A DNA stretch of 64,000 bases, taken from positions 28,706,001 to 28,770,000 of the forward strand of contig OZ024746.1 in assembly GCA_964016885.1 (NCBI GenBank). The letters run 5' to 3'. The notes beneath the pieces were generated by a model. That model had not been told where the DNA came from and did not search any database. It saw only the letters and a list, made by a program, of their open reading frames with translations. Of this stretch, positions 1-15,555 are shown piece after piece (position 1 is the stretch's first letter; each line of letters opens with the position of its first letter). Source of the DNA: Eledone cirrhosa (lineage: Eukaryota). Position numbers and translations under genes: made by a program.

Positions 1-99
1 CTCTTTCTCTCTCTCTCTCAGTCTCGCTCAGTCTCTCTCTTTCTCTCTCTCTCTCTCTACGTGTATATATATATATATGTTTATATATATATATATAGT

Positions 100-288
100 A
101 ATTGTTTCTACTTTTGGCACAAGGCCAGCAATTGCCCAGTGTATTACTGGTACTTTATTTTATCGACCCCGTAAGGATGAAAGGCAAAGTTAACCACGGC
201 GGGATTTGAACTCAGAATGGCAAGGGCCGTAACTCTATGCGTCAAAGCATGGCGTCCGACCCTCTACCGATACTGCAATTCACCGCCC
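100..288 (-). mobile_element. tRNA-derived SINE (family S1), full length
   Basis: Minus strand: A-box-like head (TTGCAGTATCGG), B-box GAGTTCAAATCCC, central GCCTTTCATCCTTACGGGGTCGATAAAATAAAGTACC resembling the molluscan Meta/MESC SINE core, 3' end GTAGAAACAATT; about 15 related copies in the window. Confidence 0.85.
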
Positions 289-311
289 TTATATTATTAC
301 TATATATATAT

Positions 312-410
312 AGTAATAATAATAAATTTGAAGACTAAAATCCAAAGAGGGCTCGCTAAGGATAAATATATATCAGATATATGAGAAGCGTTGAACAAAT
401 ATTTTTATAA
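312..410 (-). mobile_element. Penelope-like terminal (pLTR tail) fragment, family B
   Basis: Near-identical to 29237-29330 and 53904-54000; flanked by (TA)n. Confidence 0.65.
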
Positions 411-420
411 ATATATATAT

Positions 421-476
421 AAACGGAAAAAATGAAACGAAATTTCATTTCTCACTCTTAGTAGGGCTGTTACATA

Positions 477-480
<4 letters not shown>
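421..480 (-). mobile_element. Tail fragment of HHR element family C
   Basis: Reverse complement matches ...TACTAAGAGTGAGAAATGAAATTTCGTTTCAT at 41716-41750 and 46138-46170. Confidence 0.6.
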
Positions 481-514
<34 letters not shown>

Positions 515-518
515 TGTA

Positions 519-825
<307 letters not shown>

Positions 826-1113
826 GTATATATAAATGTATGTCTGTATGTATATATATAATTCCAGTTATTTTAAAGAAACGGTCGTAAATCAATTAAA
901 TGATTTCATTTATATGCCTGTTAATCTTTATTCTTATATACGCATACACCAGTCGTAAAGTCGACCGCACCACCGTCCTCATTCTGCGACGTCCACCAAC
1001 CGACTCCCATTCTCCCGTTCCTAACACCACTCCAAATTGCCCTCTATTGCACGGTCTTCCGGCTCTTCAGTCGTGCACCGACATGAGTACGTATCTACAG
1101 ATGGACATATATG

Positions 1114-1184
<71 letters not shown>

Positions 1185-2028
1185 GTCATTTCAATAATAA
1201 AATAAATATGTATATACTCTACTAACATACTGAATACATTTTTTAACTGTGGTCCCCTTCCTATATATATCGGGAATCCTCAGGGCAGACAGAGTGATGA
1301 TGCAAAAAAGTAGAAGGTTTAATGTTTCAGACATAATTCCTTTTTCAGGAAATGGAGTGTTTGGAGAGAGAGAGGGGGGGGGAGGAGAAAAGGTTGGAAC
1401 ATAGGAATTTGCTAAGAAGTTGTAAGATTACTGAGGATGGTAGGCAACTATAAATATAATTCTGTTAACTAGTTTACAATCAATCAGTCGTTCCTCTATT
1501 CCTCTGGATCAATAAAAAAAAACATTTCTGTTACTGATATGGCGAGGTTCTCAGGAACAATAGCTACTTCAAATTAACTCTAGAAACTTCCATAGCAGAT
1601 GAAAAAAAGTACAAGGATTGCTTTAAATGTATTCCATCAATTATTCTTCGAGTGGAGGAAATTTTCTTTTAGTGTCATCTAATTGATTCACAAGGCGTCA
1701 AATTGATGGAATCGTTAAAACGTCGGAGAGAATGTATACAGTATTGGTTCTAGTCCCCACCCCCCACCCCTCTCTGACTTCTGAATTTAAATAACATGGA
1801 GATTAATGTTGAACTCCATGCTCGAAAGTGTGATAAATAAACTACCAGTTCCGTACTGGGATCGGTTTCTTCTTCTTCTTCTTCTTCTTCTTCTTCTTCT
1901 TCTTCTTCTTCTTCTTCTTCTTCTTCTTCTTCATTACATTTGATATATATAGAATGTACGTTGTAGTTGTGTATATTGGTATTTCATTTATTATCTCCCC
2001 CTCTCTCTCTCTCTCTTTATATATATAT

Positions 2029-2158
2029 CTGAAGATTTCATCTGAATGAAACAGTACTAGTCCTGTAGAAGCTCCTTCTATAAAATAAAAAATTTTACTC
2101 TGCCATGTATTGAGTACCTTACTTACTGTGGTTATCCCCGACTCAACCCGGGACCTAC

Positions 2159-2160
<2 letters not shown>
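2029..2160 (+). mobile_element. pLTR fragment with HHR-like core (family E)
   Basis: CTGAAGA-tttcatctgaat-GAAA-cagtactag-TC, then AATAAA and tail; related to 40429-40515; 5' strand of helix I replaced by (TA)n. Confidence 0.5.
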
Positions 2161-2213
<53 letters not shown>

Positions 2214-2836
2214 GTGCTATATTATTGCTGAGTTCTTTCACCAGCTAAAATAAGGCGTAGGAGGTTCGCATGAGCCAGACATATAACCTGACACGAGGAA
2301 CCTACTGGCAGAGTTTTTTTCTGGAAAATGATGCTTACAGAAAAATTTAGGCGACCAGCCCCCACGCTGAAGGATATTCTTGAGGGTGACGTCAGGATGA
2401 AAGCAGAGGAATTCCAGACGGCAATGCTAGACAGGGTGAGGAGGAGTAAAAACTTCGCCATGGCACCGGTAACAGATGTATAATCTCTGATGTAGAAGAA
2501 CAGGTATAATCTCTGATGTAGAAGAACTATACATTTGACAGGTTTCCACATCATGTCCATCTAAGAAACTTCCCTCCTAATTGTTCTTGGGTCAATCTGA
2601 AACTATAGGGAGAGGGGAAAAAATAACTTGCCGAAATTGCCATGTATTTCGTCAGAATTGGAGGCTAAACAACAGCAATAATAACAACAACAATATGAAC
2701 AGCAACAAACTGTGAATTATATGCTAAATATTTGGTGTTTGTTAGTCTAGAATCAAAGACATTGTTTAATAAACAATTGTTCTGAGAATGGAAATTTCTC
2801 GAATTGAAAAATTAGTTTGTGGTTCACAATGAAAGG

Positions 2837-2906
<70 letters not shown>

Positions 2907-2933
2907 TGATGATGATTATGATGATGATGATGT

Positions 2934-2982
<49 letters not shown>

Positions 2983-3385
2983 AAAAATAGATAAATAAAA
3001 ATTGATAGATAAATGAATAAAGGCAATTCAAAAGAAATCCCATATCCCCCCCCCCCCTTTTCCACTATAAAAAAAAAACATAATCAACAGCAACAACATC
3101 AATAACAACAAGGAATACAATAATAAGAAAATCGATTCCTGAAACAACAACAAAAAAATAAATGTATTTTTGAGTAATCAATCGTAAATTAAATTAAGAT
3201 AAATATTTCGAAAAGATAATGGTAAAACTTGGAGGATAATTGGAAATATTCTTCAACTACTTGGCTACAGTGTGTGTGTAAGTGTGTGGGGGTGAGTGTG
3301 ATGGGGGTTGTATGTATGTATGTAAGTGTGTGTTGTATGTATGTATATATGTGCGCATGTTGTATGTATTACATGTATGCATGTG

Positions 3386-3424
<39 letters not shown>

Positions 3425-4362
3425 TTGTGTTTGTGTGTGTGTGCTTGTGTGTGGTTGTTGTATCTGGATGCATGTGTGCATGTATGTGTATGTAAGTGAG
3501 TATTGCATATGTATATGTGCGTGTGTCTTGTATCTGTATGCAAGTATGTATGTGAGAGGGTGTTGTATCTGTATGCCTATATCTGTGTGTATGTATATGT
3601 GTGTTTATGTGGGAAGGTGTTGTATTTATGTGTGTGTGTGTTAATGTATGTGGGAAGTGTGATGTTATATGTGTGTGTGTGGTAATGTATGTGTGTTGAA
3701 AGATGTATTATATGTGTGCAAGGTGCATGTCCGTGTTGTATGTATGCGTGTATGTATTTGTGAGAGTGTGTGTGTGTGTGTGTGCGTGTGTGCATGTGTG
3801 TGTGTGCGGGAGTAACGTGATTGTGTTATAATGTATGTGTACGCGTGAGCTGTATAGAGGAATGATGGGCTTATGTATGTATGTGCATGTATATATGTGT
3901 AAGCAGAATAAGTGTGTAGTATGTGTGGGTGTATGTATGTTTGAGAAACGTAGTGCTGTATGTGTATAGAACGTAACAATGTTGTATATGTGTATATATA
4001 TATATATATGTATGTGTGAGGCGTGTGGTAGTGTTATCTGCTTTAGGAACCTAATGGTAAATGTGCATGTATGTGTAGGCACTAATTCATGTGTCAGATT
4101 GTGTTGCATGTGTATGTGCATGTATGTGTATGCACCTGTGATGAAGGTGATGGTTTCCCTGAATGTGTATGTACATATATATGTGTGAATGTTTATGGGT
4201 TTGTGCATATATGGGTGAGTATGCATGTATATATGTTTGTGCATGCATGTATGTGCATGAGAGTAAGTAAAATAAGACTGAGACAAAAAACATCAACAAT
4301 ATCAACAACAATGACAACAACAACAACAACAACAATGATAATAATGCTAAATAATAATAATG

Positions 4363-4400
<38 letters not shown>

Positions 4401-4720
4401 TAATATTAATAATAATAACAATAATAATAGTAATAATAATGGTGGTAATACTAAAGAAGGCATGAAAAGTTGTCAAATGTAATTTACATGACAAACGAGA
4501 TTGCATTAATGAATACATCTGCACTTGATAACATAGCTTAGAATAGTTCGGGGAAAGTAATCACTGGAATTTTGGTAAAAATATTCTTCCGAAGAATGAT
4601 GAAATAAATTTAGAAGAAAAATAGTTACCCAACGAAATAATTTAACAAATAAGTTAAAAATGTATATACACAATTACAAACACGCACATGCGTATATATA
4701 TATATATATATATATATGCC

Positions 4721-4805
<85 letters not shown>

Positions 4806-4823
4806 GTATATATATATGTAACC

Positions 4824-4867
<44 letters not shown>

Positions 4868-5178
4868 GGTTACATATACAAACAAAGACACAAAATTACA
4901 AACATATATGTATATGCACAATTAGAAACACACACATACACAAACACACACACACACATATATATATATACGTTTGTATGTATGTATTATGTATGTGTTT
5001 TTAAGAGGATAATGATAATAATGATTTCTTTATGAACTCACATTAAGTAAACATTAAAGACGGCACAGGTATAGTGTGGGGTTTTTGTGTAAAATAAAAT
5101 GTATAATAGAGAATAACAAAATAAACGTTTCAAAAATTAAGTATAACAACTTCTTTATAAGTAAGGAAACTCCGAGGG

Positions 5179-5800
5179 TCACTCCTGGAGAAAGCCCACA
5201 AAAGCCAAGGTCGCCTTGTCCGGTTGGGTAAGTGTCCCCTCCCAGCTATCTTCTAATCTACACGCGTATAAACAAGGCATGCCTATTGATTCGGACCATA
5301 TTCGCCACTCTGACCCAACTTTCAGAAAACTGCTTGGGAGGCAGCTCTTTCCTCTAACCCTGGTTTTCCTCTTCAAGTGAAATCTGAAAATGTCATCAGG
5401 GCTTCACAGAAGAGGAAAGTGCTGTCCTTTCACACGCATTTCGCCATTGCCTCCCGACAGATACGATACACACTGGTTTTCCTTTCCTTCTAGAGGATGA
5501 CGGCCGGTTGATCGTCACAATGGACTCCGTTGACAGCCGAATCCGTATTACACGTGACAGCAGGTGTTCAATATAAACCAAACAAGTCAGCAGTACGCGG
5601 ACATACGACGCATGCGCTCATCTTGGACATGCCTGGCTGACAGCTGCATATAGTGTTTATCTCGAACTGGCAAAACTCATCTGTAGCATTGACAGACCAG
5701 GGATTTCTGAACGTTATCCAAGGGTTCTGGACCGAAAACCCTCTGAAAAAGATTGGCTAGTCGATCGATCGCCGTCAACACTCAGAGTCCCAGGAGAATG
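5179..5800 (-). pseudogene. Degenerate 3' end of an L1/Tx1-like LINE ORF2
   Basis: Minus-strand frame LFQRVFGPEPLDNVQKSLVCQCYR*VLPVRDKHY resembles the post-RT region preceding the cysteine-rich motif of Tx1/L1-type ORF2; stops and frameshifts. Confidence 0.55.
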
Positions 5801-5945
5801 TCGTGTTTTTTCCTTCCACACACACACACACGTATATATATATATATATGTGTGTGTATATGTGTGTGTGCACATGTATGCCAGTCGATGTAGAGGCGTA
5901 CTCAATATATACATATATATATATAAATACACACACACACACACA

Positions 5946-6017
<72 letters not shown>

Positions 6018-6021
<4 letters not shown>

Positions 6022-6444
6022 TAAACGGAATAGAAAATGCTGATAAATTGTTCACAGTTGAAAAATGGTTTAATTAGGAATAAAAGAGTATTAGTGATTG
6101 TATGGGTTAGTATTCAGTTGTGGTTTTAAGTTTTTAAGTTTTTACCGGTTGCGCATTTCTAAATGCTTTTCAAAAATAATTTTGAGATAGAGTGTCCGTG
6201 CTGTTTGCTCTGATCAGAGCAAACAGCACGGACACTCTATCTCAAAATTATTTTTGAAAAGCATTTAGAAATGCGCAACCGGTAAAAACTTAAAAACTTA
6301 AAACCACAACTGAATACTAACCCATACAATCACTAATACTCTTTTATTCCTAATTAAACCATTTTTCAACTGTGAACAATGTGTCAGCATTTTCTATTCC
6401 GTTTACCAATATATAATAACTTGTGTGTTACACCTCTATTCTTT

Positions 6445-6448
<4 letters not shown>
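6018..6448 (+). mobile_element. 392-bp near-perfect palindrome (6018-6409) plus ~40 bp tail, in (TA)n
   Basis: Arms symmetric about TGATCA (6211-6216) with two mismatches; HHR-like motif at 6251-6288 and its mirror copy. Confidence 0.85.
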
Positions 6449-6499
<51 letters not shown>

Positions 6500-6560
6500 T
6501 GCTATTAAGTTAGACATGGCCTGGGCCAATACTGGCCGAAACCTATCAAAGTTATCAAAG

Positions 6561-6634
<74 letters not shown>

Positions 6635-6833
6635 GTGTATGTGTGCCTGTATACATGTGTGTGTGTGTGTATGTTTGGATGTGAGTGTATATATACGTTA
6701 TCATGACGATCTTTTCATTATAAACATTGCCTTGGAGGCAGTAATAAATTATTTCATGCTTTTTATCGATAATAGTTTGATATTTGTTTCTAGAAGTCTG
6801 TTACAATACATGAAATACATTATATACATACAT

Positions 6834-6917
<84 letters not shown>

Positions 6918-7178
6918 GTGTGTGTGTATTGAAACGGCAAGAGCTCAACCGTCGGGTGCTGACTCTATAATATATATATAGATAGGGCTAGATTTGATTA
7001 GGTGTTATTTGTGACGCCATCTCTCGTTGTTTTTCTTTTATCGAAATCCCACAGATATATTTGATTACATAATTACTAAACAAAGAAAGTGAAATACAGA
7101 AAATTCGATCTTCGATTATGCTTTGAGATGGGATTTTCTTGGGATGCAGAACGTCGATGTTATATATATACATATATA

Positions 7179-7372
7179 GGAAAAGAATTAGGAATGCACG
7201 GCTGAGCTCTGGCCGTTTCGACAGATAGTTCCGAACTGTTTGGATCTGGCTATTGAAACGGCCGGAGCTCAGCAGTCGGTGTCCTGACTCTTTTCCTATT
7301 ACCCACTCTACTACCCTACGTTTCGAGTACTCTGGTGCGTTAGGCTCCACCTGGTATCTTATCACACCTTTG

Positions 7373-7374
<2 letters not shown>
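7179..7374 (+). mobile_element. Fold-back pLTR element, family A (diverged)
   Basis: Same inverted-arm plus tail layout as 635-793. Confidence 0.75.
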
Positions 7375-7406
<32 letters not shown>

Positions 7407-7408
<2 letters not shown>

Positions 7409-7565
7409 CGAAGGAAATGTGGTAAGGAACCAGGTGGACCATAACGCACCAAAGTACTTAATACTTGGGGTAGTAGAGTGGGTAATAGGGACCAGTAAGA
7501 CCCCGACGGCTGAGCTCAAGCCGTCGAAACGGCTTGAGCTCAGCCGTCGGGGTCTTACTGGTTCC
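7407..7565 (-). mobile_element. Fold-back pLTR element, family A
   Basis: Tail-to-tail with 7179-7374 across a (TA)n array; palindromic GGCTGAGCTCAAGCCG...CGGCTTGAGCTCAGCC core. Confidence 0.8.
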
Positions 7566-7877
7566 TATATATATATATATATATATATGGGGCGGGGGCG
7601 TGTGTTTGCGTATGTATATGTAGAATATCATATATATTCTTATACACCCACAATCATTGGTCAGTCCACGAATATTTACATGTCCAGCGCACATATATAT
7701 TGATTAGCTCCAGTCCTAAATTTATCTAAAGCGAAAAATACCCCTTGACCAGCCACTTTCCAAGTGAGCCGATTGAATATGCACGTGTTTATTTCTCCCC
7801 CAATTTTTGCCTCATTTATCTCCCTTTCTTCCACTTTTCACTATTTACTTTCTATTTGTCTACTATTTTTAAATCTA

Positions 7878-7913
7878 TTTTCGGATGAAAGTCTAGTTTC
7901 CGAAACGTCAAGA
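7878..7913 (+). ncRNA. Degenerate minimal type I HHR (family D)
   Basis: tttt-CGGATGA-aagtctagtttcc-GAAA-cg-TC-aaga; homologous to 56959-56994, 27568-27604 and 42290-42325. Confidence 0.4.
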
Positions 7914-8495
7914 TTTTCTTCCTGCTATTTCAAGGGTTAAGTTAATATATTTATTCCATGTACTATGCCGTTTGTTTTGTTATTGTTGTTTACCCTTTAC
8001 ACGCACACACCCACACAACCCCCCCTCTCTATATATAGAGAGAGATAGAGAAAAGAGAGATGGATATATATTTCTATACATGTATATATTTATGTATAAT
8101 ATATTCATTTATATATTTTTATTTCACGATTTCACATGAGATTTGTTTGACTGATTCCATAACTGATTTAAGCGTCGCAGTCTAGCCATTGAATAGCGGG
8201 TGATTTTAGTAGAATTCTCTTTTTCACTCTGTTACAAAGAGGCGATCAAACGTATCCATCGTTAGATCATATCAATGAAAAGTATGTTTCCATTGATTTG
8301 ATCTCAGCTAATATTATCTGTATGTGACAAATACCGACACAAAAATAGGAGCTGATTAGCAAATCGGACCATTGGTAATTATGTTTCCATTGGTCAGTCC
8401 ATTACTAATATGTTCTGCCGGTTGCAACACATAGCAGAAAGAGAACAATAGTGTATCAGATACCAATATATGTGTGGATGTATGTGTGTGTGTGT

Positions 8496-8534
<39 letters not shown>

Positions 8535-8599
8535 TGTATATATTCATACACACACACACATATATATATATATATACATACATCTATACAATATATACA

Positions 8600-9463
<864 letters not shown>

Positions 9464-9583
9464 TATAGATGAAACACCATGTAAGATGTAAAGTTTCGTT
9501 TGAAACGTATTGCCTTCTCCATTTATTCTTTTATATATATGTGTGTGTGTGTGTGTGTTATATATATATATATATATATATAT

Positions 9584-9736
9584 AATTGTTTCTACTTTTT
9601 AGCACAAGGCCAGCAATAACCCAGTGCATTACTGATACTTTATTTTGTCGACCCCGTAAGGATGAAAGACAAAGTCAACCTCAGCGGGATTTGAACTCAG
9701 ATCGTTAAGGGACGTAACTATGCTGGAAAGCATGGC
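9584..9736 (-). mobile_element. SINE S1, 5'-truncated
   Basis: B-box and core present; abuts a family A element. Confidence 0.8.
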
Positions 9737-9737
9737 A

Positions 9738-9911
9738 AATGAAGGAATTGTGGTAAGGAACCAGATGGACCATAACGCACCAAAGTACTCAATACTTAGT
9801 GTAGTAGAGTGGGTAATAGGAACATGTATGACCCCGACGGCAGAGCTCAAGCCGTTTCGACGGCTATTTTTGGACAGCTTGAGCTCTGCCGTCGGGGTCA
9901 TACTTGTTCCT
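9738..9911 (-). mobile_element. Fold-back pLTR element, family A
   Basis: Inverted arms GGAAC...GACCCCGACGGCAGAGCTCAAGC / GCTTGAGCTCTGCCGTCGGGGTC...GTTCC plus tail. Confidence 0.8.
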
Positions 9912-10089
9912 ATATATATATATATATATACATCGGATATAAGTTTATTATTTTGTGTTCACAAATTTTTTATATTTTTGTGCATGTTTTATCCCGAACG
10001 TCATTATATTCTTCTAGTTTCATTTAAATTTCCCCGTTGTCCAGACGCCAGTTCCCCCATTCTATTGTCTCGTAGTTACTATATATATA

Positions 10090-10256
10090 CACGAGGGTCC
10101 ACTGAAACGTTTATAGGCTGACCAAAATACTGTCATAGTGCCTTGAAAGAAGCAATGCAGTTATTAATACGTGCTTAAATTATTGTATACAAGATTTCAT
10201 AGATTTAGCTTAGATCCCTCATAGAGAGCCTATGAACTTTTCAACCGACCTCCGTG
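10090..10256. mobile_element. Tc1/mariner-type MITE
   Basis: Imperfect TIRs CGAGGGTCCACTGAAACGTTTATAGGCT / AGCCTATGAACTTTTCAACCGACCTCCG in a TA context. Confidence 0.65.
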
Positions 10257-11153
10257 TGTATATATATATAGAGAGAGAAACAGAGATTGAGACTTCATAC
10301 TTTGCCAGTAGATTTAACTAATCGAACGTTATATACAATGAAATTATATTATTTCACATAAAAATGACTGCTATATACAGAATAATTATTTAATTATTCT
10401 CGTTTTTAATATAATGTCCAAAAGTAATGTGTGCCAACGTCTCAAGTAGTTGCAGGAAAACTTATGAACAAATCAGAAGAGGAGAAGCATAAGTTCTAAA
10501 TTAAGAAAGGTTGTAAATCAAATATTTAATTCCATCGCACGCTGCTGTGAAGAACCTACTTGATAAATTTGATAATAAAAAAACTATAGTAACGAACGAA
10601 GAGTAGAGGACAGACATCAGACATTTGTTTTTGGCTGACATATGCTTGCATGGTTGCGTATTAAAGAACTTTTCTTTACAATCACATGGTTTCGTGTTCA
10701 CTTCATCTGCGTGGCATCTTAGGCAAGTCATTTTTATGCTACAGAGCCTTGCGTTGACCCATACCTTGTGGGGAGAATTTGTTTAATAGAAGTTGTTAGG
10801 AAGCTCGTTCTACATATATATATATATATATATATATATAAATTAATAAAAACAATGAATAAAAACAAAGAAACAGTTCCTTATATTAAAAAATTCATCA
10901 TTTTACGATCGTTTCTAGGATATATATGTGTGTGTGTTGGTATGTATATCATATAGATCCATGTCAGGATTTTACAAACTATCAGAGGGAATATACCTAC
11001 CTACACATATATATGCTGTCTTCAGAAGACAGCATATATATGTGTAGGTTTAAATACATCTTCTCTTTTCATGATATTTGGATTACATTGAGTTCTTCAT
11101 ACGGATTGGACACTACCGTATATTTTGGTAGATTTATCTACATACTTTGCTCC

Positions 11154-11190
<37 letters not shown>

Positions 11191-11346
11191 CCTATACTAT
11201 ATACTATACCGATTGTGTTGTTATTTCTATTTATCTTTTCCATATATATATATAGACCCTCTTCCTGCTATATCAAGCGTTAACCTAATATATGCCTTTC
11301 ATATCCTGTAACGATTGTGTTGTTATATCTGTTTACCTTTTACACA

Positions 11347-11443
<97 letters not shown>

Positions 11444-11554
11444 AGAAAAAGTAGAGTGTAGATATCTTGTTAGGAGTTTCACTCTTCGGGCTATTATATC
11501 GGTGTGAGCTTAAACGCCTAAGACAGACAATCTGTATAATAATTTTAATATGTC

Positions 11555-11990
<436 letters not shown>

Positions 11991-13249
11991 CCACCTACCC
12001 ACACGTCCACTTATATGTATATATGGCTACTGCCACTTGTCAGAAGAGATAACGGAAAACTATTTGTTACACCTCTACCCCTCTTCACAAACCAAAAAAA
12101 ATGACGTCTTGAAGGAATCTGAGACTTTCTACGAAGCATTTATAGAACCATCCATCATTATTGCATCTCTCTCTCTCTCTGTATCTCTATCTCTCTCTCT
12201 ATCTATCTCTTTCTCTCTCTTTCTCTCTCTCTCTCTATCACTTCCCATATCTCTATTTCCCGATTTCCCCTCCCCTTTTTTTTCTACTACATCCTTTTTT
12301 CTAGTTTCCTTCCGTAGCTATCACCTCAATCTTTCTTCCTATTTTCTACTTTATCATACATTTAATATCCCTTTGTTTATTTATTTCAGTGCAATTTCTT
12401 TTCATTTTCTTATCTCTCAGTCGTTTTCCCTCTCTCACTATTTCTCTTCCTTTCCCTTCCTCGCCATCGCACTCCCCTTCCTCTTACCCACCTCTCTTTC
12501 TTTAACCTTCTACCAACAATTCGGAAATTTACTAAAGTAAAAACTAAACGTATAACATTCCACATTCCAGAACCAGCGAGAAATCTGCCAGCAATTATTA
12601 TTGCCAACTAACCGGAAATATTCTGCCACTAACTAAAAAAATTGTTTTAAAAATAAATGACGATAGATCCACCGTCGGTTTCAACGATGCCTATTTGGTT
12701 GTTCGATCATCTAAACTTCCGAACACATGTGATGATAAACGATACAAACAGTTGATGGCCGGCCTGGTTGTCAGCTACCAAATCCACATAGCCAGTAGTG
12801 GTGCTTCCCTTATAAAAACATCACCTAAAACTATATCAGTCGTCATATATATTAGATCACTTCTTTATAACCCTTTTAATACTAAACCGCCCCTGCTTCT
12901 GCGATACAAAACTATTTGTTTTAATATGTTTATATTTATCTGGGAATCTTCTATAATAATCCCATACCAAAACATAATGTATGTTCCAGACACCAAATTA
13001 ATAATGAGAATGTTAGCTATATTACTAATGTACAACAAAGTCTTGATTATTATAACGAAGGATTTAAACAGGGCTGCAAATATATTTCCACCTTCCATTA
13101 CATCTTGAAGATTAAATCAAGAGGATTAGTGACTCTTCAGCTTTGCGCAGTATATAGAGAGACAACCTCTCTAGTGTTGGTGAAACAATAAAAAAAATTG
13201 CCCTGTGTATTGAGAGGACTTTTCAATCTTGCTCAGTATAGGTCAACCT

Positions 13250-13416
13250 CAGACACGCCAACCTCTTAAAACCAGAACAGGGAGTACCATGAAAAAAAAG
13301 TGCCCCAAAACGAGGAGAAATTAGGCAAAATGAGGAGATTTTACATAATGAAGCTATAACTATTTTCGCAAGAGAAGACATCTCTCCCCATCAGACGGGG
13401 AGAGTTGACAGGTCTG
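13250..13416. mobile_element. MITE with CAGACCTGCCAAC-like TIRs
   Basis: Starts CAGACACGCCAAC, ends GTTGACAGGTCTG; second copy at 15163-15462. Confidence 0.6.
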
Positions 13417-14138
13417 CAACTTCCCTAGTGTTGGTTCCACAATACAAATGCACCCAATCTACTCTATAAAAGGGTTTGGCATAAAGAATTGATCCTGTCG
13501 TAAAACCTATGCCAAAATACAAAATGTATGCATTATATGAGGTTCTCTGATTCGTCCAGTCTCAGACAGTGACGATACATCCAACCCATGCTAGCATTCG
13601 AAAGCGAACGTAAAAGTATGATAATGTTGAAATAAGACTAAAACACTGCTCTGCTTGGAATGGGAGGGGGCAGCTGGTTTTGATGATGTTGCAGGGTCAT
13701 CAGGTATGAGGTGGGGGGGGGGGGGGGCCTTGAGCAGAATATATTTAACAACCTCTGTTATAGATTCTCATGTAGTGTATAGGCTATTGTTACATCTGTT
13801 CTCACTTCTGTTGACATACTTCCGTTTAACACAGATTAAGCAAACGTTGACACTATTGTTTAGCTTTTTAAAACATGTTTCTTATGTAGTACATACCTTT
13901 CAGTTAGTGGACTTTTTTCCTCTTTTATTTACAAAACATGTTAATCTTATCGTTTTAGCATCTCTCCGTGAGAAGACAAACAAAAGAAAGCAGGGATCTA
14001 AAATTAACTGACAACTGCTGTAATATAATCATTTTGCTTAAGTCCTTGCAGATTTCTCCTAACACTAAGGTAATTACAATAAATGATTTATGTCAAAATT
14101 CTCTACAATCCGAAAAACAAAATAAGATAATGACAGTA

Positions 14139-14242
<104 letters not shown>

Positions 14243-14800
14243 GGGGGGTGATTTCTTTTACAAAAGAAATTACTCATAGCTATAAAGACAAACAACTGCA
14301 GCAGCAAATCACCCCGCCACAAAAGAAAAAAACGAATCATATATTTAGAAACCCTTTTGGCACGATAATTCTTTTAAAGTAGTTTTCTTTTGTGGATTTA
14401 GAGGCTTTTGCCCTCTGTCCGCTGCCAACTCGATTTAAACTGCTAAGTAACTAAATATGTTTGATGTTTACACGGTACATGAAGCTATTTTCAGTCGAAA
14501 TTTTGGGCTAATAACAGGAATTTCTCAATCCAATTTCCTCTGTTATCAAATTAGAACGAAAACCGTTTCATAGATTATAAAATTACTTTATAAATTAATC
14601 GTCTTTCTTTTAGCAAACAGACAGCTGGAATTTCGATGAAGCAACCCTTGAGCTGTTCTCTAGAAGCCATCAAATCAGGATGATTCTGATGTTATCTATA
14701 TTAATGTCGTAACTCAGGAGAACTAAGCAGGACAGCATGATTAACTGCGCCGACAAAAACTTTCCAATTCAGATTTAACTTTTAAAGTTGTGTGTATTAT

Positions 14801-15013
14801 AATTGTTTCTACATTTGGCACAAGGCCAGCAATTATCCAGTACATTACTGGTACTTTATTTTATCGACCCCGTAAGGATGAAAGGCAAAGTTAACCTCGG
14901 CGGGATTTGAACTCAGATCGTAAAGGGACGTAACTATGCTGGAAAGCATGGCGTCCGACTCTCTACCTATACTGCCAATCCGACTCTCTACCTATACTGC
15001 CAATCCACCGCCC
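14801..15013 (-). mobile_element. SINE S1, full length, 16-bp TSD
   Basis: TTGTGTGTATTATAAT at 14788-14803 and 15014-15029; internal ~25-bp duplication in the head. Confidence 0.9.
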
Positions 15014-15162
15014 TTGTGTGTATTATAATATCGTTCTGTGTTATTGGTGTCGGTGTTTAGCCATGTGAATGACGTCCCATGATTATGACATTGAATGTAC
15101 CGTAATATATGATTTATCTCGAAACTATCTTCAAACCGAAAAAAAAAAGGATAGGAATATAT

Positions 15163-15462
15163 AAGACCTGCCAAACCCTAAAATGAAAGAAAGTGCCCCC
15201 AAAACAGGGAGAAATGAGGCAAAATGGGGAGATTTTACATAATTGTTTCTACTTTTTGGCACAAGGGGAGATTTTACATAATGAAAGCTATACTCATTTC
15301 ACAAGAGAAGACATCTCTCACCCACCCCAAAGTAGATGGGAGATTTCCCCGTCGGACGGGGAGAGTTGACAGGTCTGCAACCTCCCTAGTGTTAGTTCCA
15401 TAATGTAAATGCACCCATCCCAGTCTCCCCTACCCCAAAGACGGGGGGAGTTGACAGGTCTG
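15163..15462. mobile_element. MITE (copy of 13250-13416) with duplicated right end and a nested 21-nt SINE tip
   Basis: AGACCTGCCAA ... GTTGACAGGTCTG present twice at the right end. Confidence 0.6.
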
Positions 15463-15524
15463 ATATATATATATATATATAATAAGCATGGAGGAGATGT
15501 CAAATTTTCATTACGTTTCCTTTG

Positions 15525-15555
<31 letters not shown>

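Noticed and set aside
2222-2640. 112-aa ORF in GC-richer DNA
   Set aside because: Contains an internal duplication and only a faint LINE-like AVWNS motif; cannot be assigned.
14614-14712. Possible host exon after TCTTTCTTTTAG
   Set aside because: Short frame with no recognisable protein and no convincing donor site.
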